Source: a virus. From it: a stretch of DNA of 64,000 nt. Under the pieces are notes generated by a model. The model was not told the DNA's origin. It saw nothing but the letters and a program-made list of their open reading frames with translations, and made no database searches. The position numbers and the translations under genes were made by a program. Below, piece after piece: positions 1 through 10,127 of this stretch (position 1 is the first letter of the stretch; every line of letters begins with the position of its first letter). Location: the IMG/VR virus record IMGVR_UViG_3300021964_007369, positions 27,801-91,800 of that record; one strand, given 5' to 3'.

Positions 1-575
1 TGCTTTCGTGTGTTGTGAATATTTGCCAAGTATTCAACTATATCAAGAAATTCATCTATTAAAAATGTTTCTCCGCCTAAGAATGTGTATATTACACTTT
101 CTTTATCTCCAGTGTTATTTTCTATATGTTTATACAAACTTGTAAGAGCCGCTTCTTGCCATTCTGCATCAGGCTCTAAAATAGGTACACCTAATTTTTT
201 TGCCCATAAACTACTTACTTCTGGTATACAATATATGCATGTCTGATTACATTTACTAGAAAGTGCTATTTCAATTCTGTAGGAAAGATCATTTTTTAAA
301 TTAGGTGTTGACTTGTTTAACCAATTGTTCCAAGTGTTGTATTGACTATTAGGGTGGTTAGAGCTACAGGCTTCACAACCTTTAGGAAAATTATTATTTT
401 TTATCCAATACTGTTTTGCTTCTGTTAGTTCTTTGCGGTCGGTCCAAAACTTTGGGTCTGAAATTTCTTCTATTGTAGGTGTTTCAAGTTGTTGTCTTTT
501 ACAACAATTTACAACTTCTTTTCTATGGATGTTTAAGTTTATGTCCGTCCATAACCTACTGCAAGGAGTAATCAT
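1..575 (-). CDS. Radical SAM protein with N-terminal twitch/SPASM-like Cys domain (partial, runs off left edge; not in ORF track)
   Basis: Manual translation from ATG at 575 (TAATG overlap with upstream stop): MITPCSRLW...VNCC...CEAC...SSKCNQTCIYC...FLGGETF; contains CxxxCxxC and GGE motifs. Confidence 0.85.
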   Translation of the reverse strand, partial: MITPCSRLWTDINLNIHRKEVVNCCKRQQLETPTIEEISDPKFWTDRKELTEAKQYWIKNNNFPKGCEACSSNHPNSQYNTWNNWLNKSTPNLKNDLSYRIEIALSSKCNQTCIYCIPEVSSLWAKKLGVPILEPDAEWQEAALTSLYKHIENNTGDKESVIYTFLGGETFLIDEFLDIVEYLANIHNTRK

Positions 576-1333
576 TAGAATGCCTTTGTTATGCTCATTA
601 ACTTTAATACATTTTCCCAAGTTTTTGGTATATTCATTACAAGATGGATACTATCGTTTACCCAACTGTGTGTTCTATGAGTCTTTGTTGTGTCTACATA
701 GTAAACACCGCCGGGCTTTATTGGAACTTTTGTGTGTTCCATTTCCCATTCGAATTCGTCTCTTGTTACATTCCAACTAGGAAATGCAACTACTCTAAAA
801 GTGTCTCTTGTAAGTTTAGGATGATCTTTATGCGGAGGAAAATATCCTCCAGCATTTGCTTTAACTAACATTGTTCTACCTAATGGTTTCCAATAGTCTA
901 ATAATTCATGTAAACTAGGAAGCATATTATATGCTTCTGTAGGAGTGTTGAATTCTGTTTCGCTTAAACGTCTGCCAGCTTTTTTACATGCTTCTGGCAT
1001 ACTCAACCCTTCTTCCATAGAAGCATCAGGTAACCCAAAAAGAGATATTCCTTCTCTGTCGTTCATTATACCTTCTCTACGTAGGTACGGTACCCATCGG
1101 TCATCAAGTGCTTCAACTTCTTTCATAAATTGACTTGGATCTATTTTTATACTTAGAGGCTCCCAAAAACTAAGCATGCCTAATTGAAGTTCACACTTTA
1201 GATCTTCGTTACTAGGATCTAAAGACTCTGGATTGTCTAACCATGTTTGATAATAGTTTGCTTGTGTAGCTCTATTCGCAAGAGGTATTAAATTAAGTTG
1301 TTTACCGTCTTTATCGTATTTTTTATAGTCCAT
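575..1333 (-). CDS. Fe(II)/2-oxoglutarate oxygenase, Asp/Asn beta-hydroxylase-like cupin
   Basis: GGYFPPHKD (HxD) plus distal HRTHSW His; GGVYYVDT...H pattern typical of AspH-like domains. Confidence 0.7.
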   Translation of the reverse strand: MDYKKYDKDGKQLNLIPLANRATQANYYQTWLDNPESLDPSNEDLKCELQLGMLSFWEPLSIKIDPSQFMKEVEALDDRWVPYLRREGIMNDREGISLFGLPDASMEEGLSMPEACKKAGRRLSETEFNTPTEAYNMLPSLHELLDYWKPLGRTMLVKANAGGYFPPHKDHPKLTRDTFRVVAFPSWNVTRDEFEWEMEHTKVPIKPGGVYYVDTTKTHRTHSWVNDSIHLVMNIPKTWENVLKLMSITKAF

Positions 1334-1344
1334 ACTAATATTTA

Positions 1345-2055
1345 TTAGCGGACCACGTTGTTAAACCACTTCTTTGGCTTTTGTCCTGTATGTGTGACAC
1401 CGTCTTTGTATGTTGTAAAGCTGTGGTCTGTATTTGAAATACCTGTTCCGATACCGACGCTTATCATAGGTCTACCTATATAATCTTTGTTAAAATAAAA
1501 TGTTTGATCGTTGAAAGTTACATTTATTTTTTGAAGATTAGAACCAAATCTATTCCAAATTTTTTCAGCATATTCATAACTTGTATTGTTGTCTTGTTTA
1601 ATAGCCCAACCATCTACACAAGCAATTTGACAGGCATCGTATCCTAGTTGTAAAGTTTCGGAAACAAGAATACCAGCATGGAAAGAATTATTTCGTATTG
1701 CTTCTGTATTTTTAGAAATCTTAATATAACCTCTTTGTTCTTCTGTTAATATTTCATTTAGGTCCTGAGGAATTTTAATTTGAAAACTTGTAAACATATA
1801 CGGAGCATCTTGTAACGCCGTAAAATACTCATTGTGTCCTTGGTATTTGTCATCTGTAAAATAAATGTTTTCTACTAACCAATTTTTTAATGCTTCATCT
1901 TCTGGTGTAAGCAAACACCAAACATGATCAATAGATCCTAATTGACTAGGAATGTATTGTATCATTTCTACTAGATTGTCTATATCCTGTTGTGCTGGAA
2001 TGATACTACTGTCAAACGCTCTTACCGTCCACCTATTTTTCCATTTATTTAACAT
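1345..2055 (-). CDS. Nitroreductase-like (FMN-binding) protein
   Basis: N-terminal RWTVRAFD resembling the RRSxRxF motif, IPS resembling APS, QLGYDAC and C-terminal VGIG. Confidence 0.6.
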   Translation of the reverse strand: MLNKWKNRWTVRAFDSSIIPAQQDIDNLVEMIQYIPSQLGSIDHVWCLLTPEDEALKNWLVENIYFTDDKYQGHNEYFTALQDAPYMFTSFQIKIPQDLNEILTEEQRGYIKISKNTEAIRNNSFHAGILVSETLQLGYDACQIACVDGWAIKQDNNTSYEYAEKIWNRFGSNLQKINVTFNDQTFYFNKDYIGRPMISVGIGTGISNTDHSFTTYKDGVTHTGQKPKKWFNNVVR

Positions 2056-3389
2056 TAGCTCTTCTTTAAATTGCTGTGCTCAGATATTTCATTATATTCA
2101 TTATCGTAAATGCCAGGGTATTCTTTATTTAAAATATCTAATTCAGGTATTGCTTCAAATACATTTGTGTCTCTGCTAAAATCTAATACAGCACTTTTTC
2201 TTAAAAAGTTTATAGCACCTTGTTCACTGTGTGGTTTCTCTAATTCGTTATAGAAAGTTTTTAAGTTTTGAGGATTATGCACAAAAGTAGATTTTTCATA
2301 TCTTTTAATTTTTTTTCTAATTTCTTTTTTAAATTTATCAGGTAATACTTGTATGTTAAATGCTTTTGTAAATACCGGATTTAACGCAGGAGTAAATCTT
2401 TCATTGTCGCTTCTGTATAATTCTTTAAATTCTTCTAACATCTCCGGTAGCCTAAAAATATTATAACACCCTAAACTTATGATAGGACTACATCTAATAT
2501 CAGCTTCAACTAACTTACGAATATTAGAACTAACTATTTTCCAGTCAGTTCCGTATCTAATCCATTCAGCCCTTGCACCTAGTTCGTCCACACTATTTTC
2601 AATGTACAATCTATCCTTCTTCCATTTCTTCCAATAGTCGATTACATTTTTTCCTTTATAATCTAACTTTAAAAGATTAGAATTGTATTTCATTTTTACA
2701 TTATATTTTTTAAGATTATCTAATTTTTCTAATATGTACCAATGCTCGTCCATTACAAGTGGTTCGCCGCCTGCAAAATAAATTTTTTCTACATCATGTA
2801 TAGCATCGTCGACCCAACTAATTTTTTCTCCAAAGTTTTCAACTTTATCCATAGCGATAGTATCTTCTTCCGATAATACTAATGCTTGCATTAATCGACT
2901 CCTAGCATTGTCCGACGTCATGCTTTTATACAAACGGTTTGCTTCAATTGTCCACCTACTGCTAAATTGTGGTGTACACATAACGCAAGTCATATTGCAA
3001 ATATTACTAAAACGTAAATCCCAATACCGTATTTTAAAATCTGGCAGTGTACCATCTTCTTGAGTTGTAGGAATTATATCCATTACTTCGTCTGCATAGT
3101 TATGAGTGAAAGCCCATTGCCTAGGACTCTTTACACCAATCTTTTCATAATTTACACATTTATGACAAGTGTCCTCAGGCAATATACCATTAAGCATATC
3201 AACTCTAAGTTTTTTCATTTTGTCACCGTTAAATATTTCATCTATAGTTTTTTCTTTTACATTACCTAAGATTGTAGGATTTGCTCCACGCTGGTGACAA
3301 CAAGGCACAACATCACCGTTAGGATTAATTGCTAAGTGTGACCAAGGATGTATACATAAACTAGTTGATTTTAATTTATAAGGGTTCAT
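2055..3389 (-). CDS. Radical SAM protein, N-terminal twitch/SPASM-like domain
   Basis: CIHPW..VVPCC..CHKC, then CNMTCVMC and AGGEP. Confidence 0.9.
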   Translation of the reverse strand: MNPYKLKSTSLCIHPWSHLAINPNGDVVPCCHQRGANPTILGNVKEKTIDEIFNGDKMKKLRVDMLNGILPEDTCHKCVNYEKIGVKSPRQWAFTHNYADEVMDIIPTTQEDGTLPDFKIRYWDLRFSNICNMTCVMCTPQFSSRWTIEANRLYKSMTSDNARSRLMQALVLSEEDTIAMDKVENFGEKISWVDDAIHDVEKIYFAGGEPLVMDEHWYILEKLDNLKKYNVKMKYNSNLLKLDYKGKNVIDYWKKWKKDRLYIENSVDELGARAEWIRYGTDWKIVSSNIRKLVEADIRCSPIISLGCYNIFRLPEMLEEFKELYRSDNERFTPALNPVFTKAFNIQVLPDKFKKEIRKKIKRYEKSTFVHNPQNLKTFYNELEKPHSEQGAINFLRKSAVLDFSRDTNVFEAIPELDILNKEYPGIYDNEYNEISEHSNLKKS

Positions 3390-3393
3390 ACTA

Positions 3394-4293
3394 CTATTTA
3401 ACTTCCTTTATTTTTTCAGATATCTTTTTGGCAATATGTTTAATACTGTTAATATCGTAATGGTACGGACTTCTGCCTAATCTATGCTGATCGTCTCCAA
3501 CAACTTCTTCCCAATCAATTTCTAATAGTTTTGCTCTATAAGGACGCATCTGATGTTTAATACCTAGATGTATACCTTTTTGAAACCTGTGTACATCATA
3601 CCAACTGTTTACATCAAAATGTTTTCCATTTGTAACTTTGTTTTTAAATATATGTGTAAAATTTCCAGTGACTGGAATATCTTGATAGTATCCTATCTTT
3701 TTGTTAATCCAACGTCTAGCTGGTGGAGTATACACTAATTGTATTCTATCCTCAAATAATCCTGTGACTAATTCAGCAAAACGTCTTCCCCATTCACCTT
3801 GCATATTCCAATTTTCTTTTTGATTCCAAAATCCTCTAAATACTAAGTCGTCATCATATGTACATACATTACGTTTATCGTTCAGTATATCTAATATGTT
3901 TTCAGGAAACTTTAATTTAGTAAGTTCACTTGCTGATTTTTCTTTGATTAGTTGCTTAATTAATGTTACATGTTCTTTATTGTATTGACAACGTGCTTCT
4001 GATTCTCTTGTAAAACTAGCAATTAGATAGTTGTCTTTTTTATTTGTTTTAGGAACTATATCAAAATAATCTTTGCTTACAATTTCTTTGTATATACGTC
4101 TGCCAAACGGATACTTTTTTGCATCACTTTTATTATACCATTTGTCAACAGCATCAGCAATATATCCAATAGGTGAAAACAAACTACCTATAGTAGTTGT
4201 ATCTAATCTTTGAAATGTATGTTGCGGATATTTTTTAATTAGTATTGGTATAGTATCTTCTAATTCACATCCGCCCCAGAGGAAGAAGTTCAT
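3394..4293 (-). CDS. Hypothetical protein, possibly DUF6270/SGNH-like
   Basis: 299-aa ORF coupled in operon; N-terminal WGGCEL and C-terminal HRLGRSPYHY recall the DUF6270 pattern (weak). Confidence 0.45.
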   Translation of the reverse strand: MNFFLWGGCELEDTIPILIKKYPQHTFQRLDTTTIGSLFSPIGYIADAVDKWYNKSDAKKYPFGRRIYKEIVSKDYFDIVPKTNKKDNYLIASFTRESEARCQYNKEHVTLIKQLIKEKSASELTKLKFPENILDILNDKRNVCTYDDDLVFRGFWNQKENWNMQGEWGRRFAELVTGLFEDRIQLVYTPPARRWINKKIGYYQDIPVTGNFTHIFKNKVTNGKHFDVNSWYDVHRFQKGIHLGIKHQMRPYRAKLLEIDWEEVVGDDQHRLGRSPYHYDINSIKHIAKKISEKIKEVK

Positions 4294-5438
4294 ATATCCA
4301 ACTCCGGAACTACATCTACTAAATTTTGATTTCGACTTTCGTCTAACTTTGCAGTATACTCTTTAAATGCATCTAATTTATTTGACCAATCTTCTGCCCA
4401 CATGTAATCTATAATGCCTTGCACTTTAGGCAAATCTATATACGGTCTTAGTCTAAGGGCGGCTAAATTTTTCAAATCTTTCGGTAAACATCTTATGTTT
4501 AGATATTCAGGATGATTTAAAATATTAAAATATATTTTATGTTCATAGGGTAATGCCCATTCAATTAATTTATCTAAGTGTAATATGTTGTACATCTGCA
4601 CTGTACAATGTATTTCAATAGTTGCGTTATAAAGTTTTCTAATATCCTGAAAGTTGCGTTCTATAGTAGCCCAGTTACTAGGATATCGTATGTATCTATC
4701 AAGTTCGCCTGTTGCATCAATACTACAATTTAATTGTACATGTTTAAACTTACTCCATTTCCATATTAAATCTTTAGGAACATTTGTAAGATTAGTGTTA
4801 TACTTTAATTTTATTTTATGTGCTGTTTTATTATCTATAAAATAATCAAGCAATCTATGCTGTTCTTTAATAATAGTTGGTTCGCCACCTGTTAGATATA
4901 TTTCATCGACTGTATTAGCAATGCTGAATAAATTTTCCCAAGTCTTTTCATCTTCAGGCCAATCCATATTACTTAATCGTTTATATTCACTTTCACTTAG
5001 AGCTTCTTCAACTAGATTCCATTCTTTGACCCACATACTACTTGCATACGGATTGCACATTCTACATTTTAAATTACATAAGTTGCCTAACCGTAAGTCC
5101 ACATATTTAATATCAAAAGGTGCATCTACTGTATACTTAATATCTTCTTGCCATTTATGATTCCATGCTTGTCTTGCACTACGCACACCTGCATCTTCTT
5201 CACGGAAACATCTTGTACACATTTCAGGACGTTCACCGTCAAGCATTTGCTTACGTATTTTTTTATATACTTCGCTATTCCATGCTTCTTCTAAGTTATC
5301 TTTGTTTAGTTTAAAAGGGGTGCCATCTTCTTTGGTAATAAAATTTTGTCCAGGAATAGAGTTACAACACACACGAAGATTGCCACTAGCATTGGTAGCT
5401 AGATGCATCCACGGAAGTATACAAAATGTTTTACTCAT
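4290..5438 (-). CDS. Radical SAM protein, N-terminal twitch/SPASM-like domain
   Basis: FCILPW..LRVCC..CTRC; CNLKCRMC; TGGEP. Confidence 0.9.
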   Translation of the reverse strand: MSKTFCILPWMHLATNASGNLRVCCNSIPGQNFITKEDGTPFKLNKDNLEEAWNSEVYKKIRKQMLDGERPEMCTRCFREEDAGVRSARQAWNHKWQEDIKYTVDAPFDIKYVDLRLGNLCNLKCRMCNPYASSMWVKEWNLVEEALSESEYKRLSNMDWPEDEKTWENLFSIANTVDEIYLTGGEPTIIKEQHRLLDYFIDNKTAHKIKLKYNTNLTNVPKDLIWKWSKFKHVQLNCSIDATGELDRYIRYPSNWATIERNFQDIRKLYNATIEIHCTVQMYNILHLDKLIEWALPYEHKIYFNILNHPEYLNIRCLPKDLKNLAALRLRPYIDLPKVQGIIDYMWAEDWSNKLDAFKEYTAKLDESRNQNLVDVVPELDI

Positions 5439-6630
5439 ATCTTTTAAACTCCGGTACTATGTCAAACAGATTAGTGTCTCTACTTGCATCTAATTTTTTA
5501 CTAAATCTTAAAAACTGATCCCAGTTTTCAGATTTTTGTTCAGCAAGTAAAAAATTTAAATTAGTATTAATAAATCTTTCTATACGCTTTTTTCGAGAAG
5601 TACTTATATCGTATGTTTTAACTTTTTCTAAATATGCTTTGTATTTCTTTTCTGCTGTATCCTTTAATCCCACAGGCAATATTTGGGGGTTAATAAATTT
5701 AGGTGCCCATGCAATGTTTCCGTGTACAGGTAAATCTAATTCAAATGTAAAGTAGTCATATGCTTCAGGCAGTCCCATTACATTCCAAGCACTATAACAT
5801 AATGCCGCTCTGGCTTCAAACTTATCACCTAGTTCTAATTTAACTTTCTTTAAGTTTTCTGCAATTTGTTTTGTGTTTGCTTCAGTACGAATATATTCAT
5901 TTAGTTCTGGATGACCGTCTATACTCAAACTTATATCAACACTTCTAAAATCTTTCCATGCTTCTAGTGCATCAAACTTTCCGTACTTTAGTTTACTTAA
6001 ATTTGTGCTGTACTTAACTGTGATATGTTCACCATGGGGCCTCAGTGCCTCTAATACCTTATAATGCATAGGATCCATTAGAGGTTCTCCGCCAGCAAAC
6101 TCCACTATTTCCATAGTTGGTGCTAGTTTTTCTATGTTAGCTAAGAACTCTGGATTGTTATAGTTTTCTTGTCTAGTTGTATCATTTTTCCAACCTATGT
6201 CTTCATATTCGTCTTTGACTTTAGCCCAATCTTTTAACCATGTCGTTGAAAGGTCTGGCTTACATGTTCTACAACGGAAGTTACATAAGTTACTAAGTTT
6301 TAATTCTAGCACTGGAATATTAAACGGTACTTGTGTATGTTCTTCGTCTTCATCAAACGGATACATCCAATTGCGGGTCTTGTTCATAGTTTGACGCATA
6401 CTAACACTGCCTTGGTCTTCTAATTGATAACAAGGCCAACAACCTTCTGGACGTTCATCGTTCAAAAGTTCTTTACGCAACTTTTGCATATGTTTATTAT
6501 TCCAAATTTGTTCTAGTGTTTCATCAGCAATATTACCTACAGTTTGCATACTTCTACAACAAGGAGCAACGTTACCGTCAACTCTTGTGCTTAGATGTAT
6601 CCAGGGTAATATACAAAAATTATTCTTCAT
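5431..6630 (-). CDS. Radical SAM protein, N-terminal twitch/SPASM-like domain (start moved to MKNNFC)
   Basis: FCILPW..VAPCC..CWPC; CNFRCRTC; AGGEP; ATG at 6630 matches the N-termini of its paralogs. Confidence 0.9.
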   Translation of the reverse strand: MKNNFCILPWIHLSTRVDGNVAPCCRSMQTVGNIADETLEQIWNNKHMQKLRKELLNDERPEGCWPCYQLEDQGSVSMRQTMNKTRNWMYPFDEDEEHTQVPFNIPVLELKLSNLCNFRCRTCKPDLSTTWLKDWAKVKDEYEDIGWKNDTTRQENYNNPEFLANIEKLAPTMEIVEFAGGEPLMDPMHYKVLEALRPHGEHITVKYSTNLSKLKYGKFDALEAWKDFRSVDISLSIDGHPELNEYIRTEANTKQIAENLKKVKLELGDKFEARAALCYSAWNVMGLPEAYDYFTFELDLPVHGNIAWAPKFINPQILPVGLKDTAEKKYKAYLEKVKTYDISTSRKKRIERFINTNLNFLLAEQKSENWDQFLRFSKKLDASRDTNLFDIVPEFKRYE

Positions 6631-7744
6631 TCCAAATTTTCCTAAACTTTGGTTCAACATCAAACAACTTTTCGTTTCTGATTTTGTCTAATTTCTCAGT
6701 ATATTCTTTAAACTTCTTCCATTTGCTTTTATCTCGATTTTGAGTTTTTAACCATTTAACAATGTTATCAAAGCTAGGTTCTTTACTGTATCTTGCAATT
6801 AACTTTCTCTTTGTCTTGTCTGGTAAATTAGCAGGGTCTTGATAAGTCGGAAAATAACTAATATTACCAAATGCTTTACTATAATTTTCATGAGGGCCAA
6901 AATATTTTTTTATAACAGATAGCATTTGTTGTAGATGAAAGATATTATACATTGTAACTGTAATACTAATACCAGGAATAAAATTGGGCAGTCGGTCTCG
7001 CATATACTCCATATTTTTTACTGCTGTTTCAAGTGGATGATTAGGTCCGCCTCTTATATATTTGTAAAGTTCTCCTGTAGCTTCTAAACTTAGATTACAT
7101 TTTATTTTTTTGAACTGTTTTAATTTTTCAATATAATAATCACTTATGCCTGTGCCATTTGTAAAAACAACAAGTGTTGTATTTCTTTTAAAATTATCAT
7201 CTAATCTATCTATAAAGTTTAAGAACTGGTCAGTAACAAACGGCTCGCCACCTTTTACTTCTAATACAAAGTCGTCATAAGTTACATTATTACAATATTC
7301 AACAATTTGATCTAACCTATAATCAGGCATATCATATTTTGGTGTTATAACTCTTTCTAAATCAAATCCGCCTTCTACAAGTTTCTTTTCATCAGCAATC
7401 CATTTGGTGCTATTTCTACTTTCGCACATTCTGCATTTTAAATTACATGTATTACCAAATGTAATATCCAAATAAGTAATCTCGCCTTCTTTGGCGTCGC
7501 CCTTATTTCCTCGCCATTCTCGTCTACTCGGAATGCCTTTTTCTTCTGTAATCTTACAAACTTCACAACCTTTGTGAAGTAATCCTTTTTCTTTTACCTC
7601 ATTGTATGCGTTTGCATACCAATCAAATATATTTTCTTCGCCTTCTGGAGACACTGCATCTGTAAATATACAACAAGGTTTAATCGTACCTCTGTTGTTT
7701 ATATTCATATGATGCCATGGGCTTAAACAAAATTTCTCAGACAT
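6620..7744 (-). CDS. Radical SAM protein, N-terminal twitch/SPASM-like domain (start moved to MSEKFC)
   Basis: FCLSPW..IKPCC..CEVC; CNLKCRMC; KGGEP. Confidence 0.9.
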   Translation of the reverse strand: MSEKFCLSPWHHMNINNRGTIKPCCIFTDAVSPEGEENIFDWYANAYNEVKEKGLLHKGCEVCKITEEKGIPSRREWRGNKGDAKEGEITYLDITFGNTCNLKCRMCESRNSTKWIADEKKLVEGGFDLERVITPKYDMPDYRLDQIVEYCNNVTYDDFVLEVKGGEPFVTDQFLNFIDRLDDNFKRNTTLVVFTNGTGISDYYIEKLKQFKKIKCNLSLEATGELYKYIRGGPNHPLETAVKNMEYMRDRLPNFIPGISITVTMYNIFHLQQMLSVIKKYFGPHENYSKAFGNISYFPTYQDPANLPDKTKRKLIARYSKEPSFDNIVKWLKTQNRDKSKWKKFKEYTEKLDKIRNEKLFDVEPKFRKIWNEE

Positions 7745-8714
7745 GTTCTTTCCATTTCGTAGTATTGAGATCTGCCGCACAATTACACCATTGCTTTGCA
7801 CACAATATAGGATCTTGTTCTAGGGTAAAACCTGTTTCTATGTTACCCAATATGCCGCCCTGTTTGCAAGTAGCTCTATATACACTACCATCGTTATCAA
7901 TCATAAGCGTTTCTAAGCCTGCCATACACTTCCAACCTTTAAATGTATTCCATTTATTCTTTGTTAAAGTGTTTACATTATCTAGCCAATTTTTTTCTTT
8001 AGTCCATAGTTCGCAGTTTTCTTTATTAGTGCCTGCTTTGTTAAAACTATCCAAATATTCTAATTCTTCGTCGTTGTAATATCCTGTTGCTCCGCCCCAT
8101 TGAACTCCTTCAAATTCCATACCGCTTGCACCAGGCGGATTAAATTCGCCTTGCTTGTTTGTCATAGGACGTATTCTACGCATTACATATTGTATATCAT
8201 TTGTTTGTAGCCAGTCTACAACACCTTTAACTTCATCTAAGCGTCCAGGCAAATACATTAGATGAACATGTATATGTTTTGCTTTATCTTTTAAGCCTAG
8301 TAATACTTCTTTCATGTGTGGTATACGCAGATGTTCAAAGTGCCAACTAAAAATTATATTATCAATATACTCTAATGCTTTGGTATATTTTTCTAAAGGC
8401 AAACTTCCATTACTAATAATACTTGTTTCATCTACATTATATTTTTTAAACAATGCAAGTATATCTAATATTTGCGGATGTACAAACGGCTCGCCGCCTG
8501 TAAGGCTCATTCTAATTTTCTTATCTTTATAAAACTCTCTTAGTGTTTTGATTGTGTATTCAAAACTTTCAAGTGGCATATGTTTGCTTGTATTATCGTG
8601 TAGATCAGCACCACAGTAACTACAATCAAAGTTACAGCGTTTGCCCATATTCCATTCTATACGTACCCAAGATTTATATTTCTTAGCACTATGCTCTACA
8701 CGTACTAGATCCAT
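7737..8714 (-). CDS. Radical SAM protein with C-terminal twitch/SPASM-like domain
   Basis: CNFDCSYC near N-terminus; TGGEP; C-terminal CMAG..RATC..CAKQWCNC. Confidence 0.9.
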   Translation of the reverse strand: MDLVRVEHSAKKYKSWVRIEWNMGKRCNFDCSYCGADLHDNTSKHMPLESFEYTIKTLREFYKDKKIRMSLTGGEPFVHPQILDILALFKKYNVDETSIISNGSLPLEKYTKALEYIDNIIFSWHFEHLRIPHMKEVLLGLKDKAKHIHVHLMYLPGRLDEVKGVVDWLQTNDIQYVMRRIRPMTNKQGEFNPPGASGMEFEGVQWGGATGYYNDEELEYLDSFNKAGTNKENCELWTKEKNWLDNVNTLTKNKWNTFKGWKCMAGLETLMIDNDGSVYRATCKQGGILGNIETGFTLEQDPILCAKQWCNCAADLNTTKWKEHV

Positions 8715-10120
8715 CAAAGATGTCCTTTAAATAACGGGAATATTTCTTCGAAATTATCGTAGCCTCTTGTTTTATTAACTAGTTTAATGTATTCTTTAAA
8801 TTCAGGCATACGTGCAGACCAATCTTCTGCGTTCATAAACCTAATAACACCTTGATAACGTTTTAATCCATAAGGTGCATTCATCCATTGCTCCTTGGTA
8901 ATACCTGCTTCTTTTACTCCGGTAAACTTGTCCCAGTTTTCATCAAGCCAAGGATAGAATTCGTTTTCATATTTGTCTGTAACTTGTTTCTTAAGTTCAA
9001 GCGGTAGTGTTTTAACATTTAGTTGTGGAGGCCAATATGCAAAATGCATGTTGATACCGCCTGCTCCAAATGGCCATTTGTTCCATTTTTTAAAACCTTG
9101 CTCAACTTTCCATTTTATAAAGTCGGGAATGTAACCAATATTAAGTGCCATAATAGTTGTTGCTGTTGTTACTTCGACGTTATCTGTAGTTGCGTCAAGT
9201 TTCCACATTTGTTCTACTTGGTGATTCCATTTACTAGGATAGCGTATATAATCATTTTGATCTCCAAGTGCATCAACACTGTAATGGAAACGCACACGCT
9301 TAAATTCTGCCCATAGGTCAAATAAATCATCACGCCACTCTACAGCATTTGAATTATATCGCAGTTCCATATTCTTAGCATGGCCACGTTTAATACATTC
9401 TTCTAGCAATTCATAGTGTTCGTCAATAATTAAACTTTCTCCGCCTGCAAAATACAGTTGGTACATATGCGGAATTTGATCCATTAGGTCTGCCCAGAAC
9501 CTTGGATTGTTTTTATGCCAGTTATAACTTGCTCCGTCATTGCGACCTTTGTTATGCCAGCCACTGGTATTTTTTAATTTTTCATTTTTCATTTGCGGAT
9601 ACATTTCGTTCCACTCTTTAATCCAACCTGTTGAATCATGTGGTGAACACATAACACATGCTAGTTGACATTTACTACCTAAACGCAAATCAATATATCT
9701 AATCTTTGGAGGTATGCTTCCATCTTCTTTTGTCTCGGCAACTAGTTCGTCAAGATTAAACCTATTACCCCAATACTCTGTTTCCCAATTACGTTTACTT
9801 AGGTGTCCTGACTCTTCTTCTTTATAACATTTTAAACAACTAGCAGGCTTTTCTCCACGCAACATCATTTTACGAACGTTACGCATATAGCCACTATTCC
9901 ATGCTTCTTCCAATGTTGTGTGATTAAAGTTAGCAGGAACGCCGTCGTCATTTTTTACAACGCCAACTTCTCCGCCGCCTACTTTTTTATTACTGTCTGG
10001 ATCTTGTACACTACTTGCATTTGATGTACAGCAGGTCCTCATCTTTCCGTCTGGTCTACTACTTAGGTGCATCCAGGGTAAAGCACAAAATGTTTCTGAT
10101 GGTAAGGGTTTATTGCTCAT
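8714..10120 (-). CDS. Radical SAM protein, N-terminal twitch/SPASM-like domain (start moved to MSNKPL)
   Basis: FCALPW..MRTCC..CLKC; CQLACVMC; AGGES. Confidence 0.9.
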   Translation of the reverse strand: MSNKPLPSETFCALPWMHLSSRPDGKMRTCCTSNASSVQDPDSNKKVGGGEVGVVKNDDGVPANFNHTTLEEAWNSGYMRNVRKMMLRGEKPASCLKCYKEEESGHLSKRNWETEYWGNRFNLDELVAETKEDGSIPPKIRYIDLRLGSKCQLACVMCSPHDSTGWIKEWNEMYPQMKNEKLKNTSGWHNKGRNDGASYNWHKNNPRFWADLMDQIPHMYQLYFAGGESLIIDEHYELLEECIKRGHAKNMELRYNSNAVEWRDDLFDLWAEFKRVRFHYSVDALGDQNDYIRYPSKWNHQVEQMWKLDATTDNVEVTTATTIMALNIGYIPDFIKWKVEQGFKKWNKWPFGAGGINMHFAYWPPQLNVKTLPLELKKQVTDKYENEFYPWLDENWDKFTGVKEAGITKEQWMNAPYGLKRYQGVIRFMNAEDWSARMPEFKEYIKLVNKTRGYDNFEEIFPLFKGHL

Positions 10121-10127
10121 ACTGTAC

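Noticed and set aside
433-780. 115-aa plus-strand ORF and the many other 60-160 aa ORFs nested antisense in long genes (e.g. 12996-13481, 17307-17723, 57176-57577)
   Set aside because: All overlap well-supported genes, have atypical composition and no recognisable motifs.
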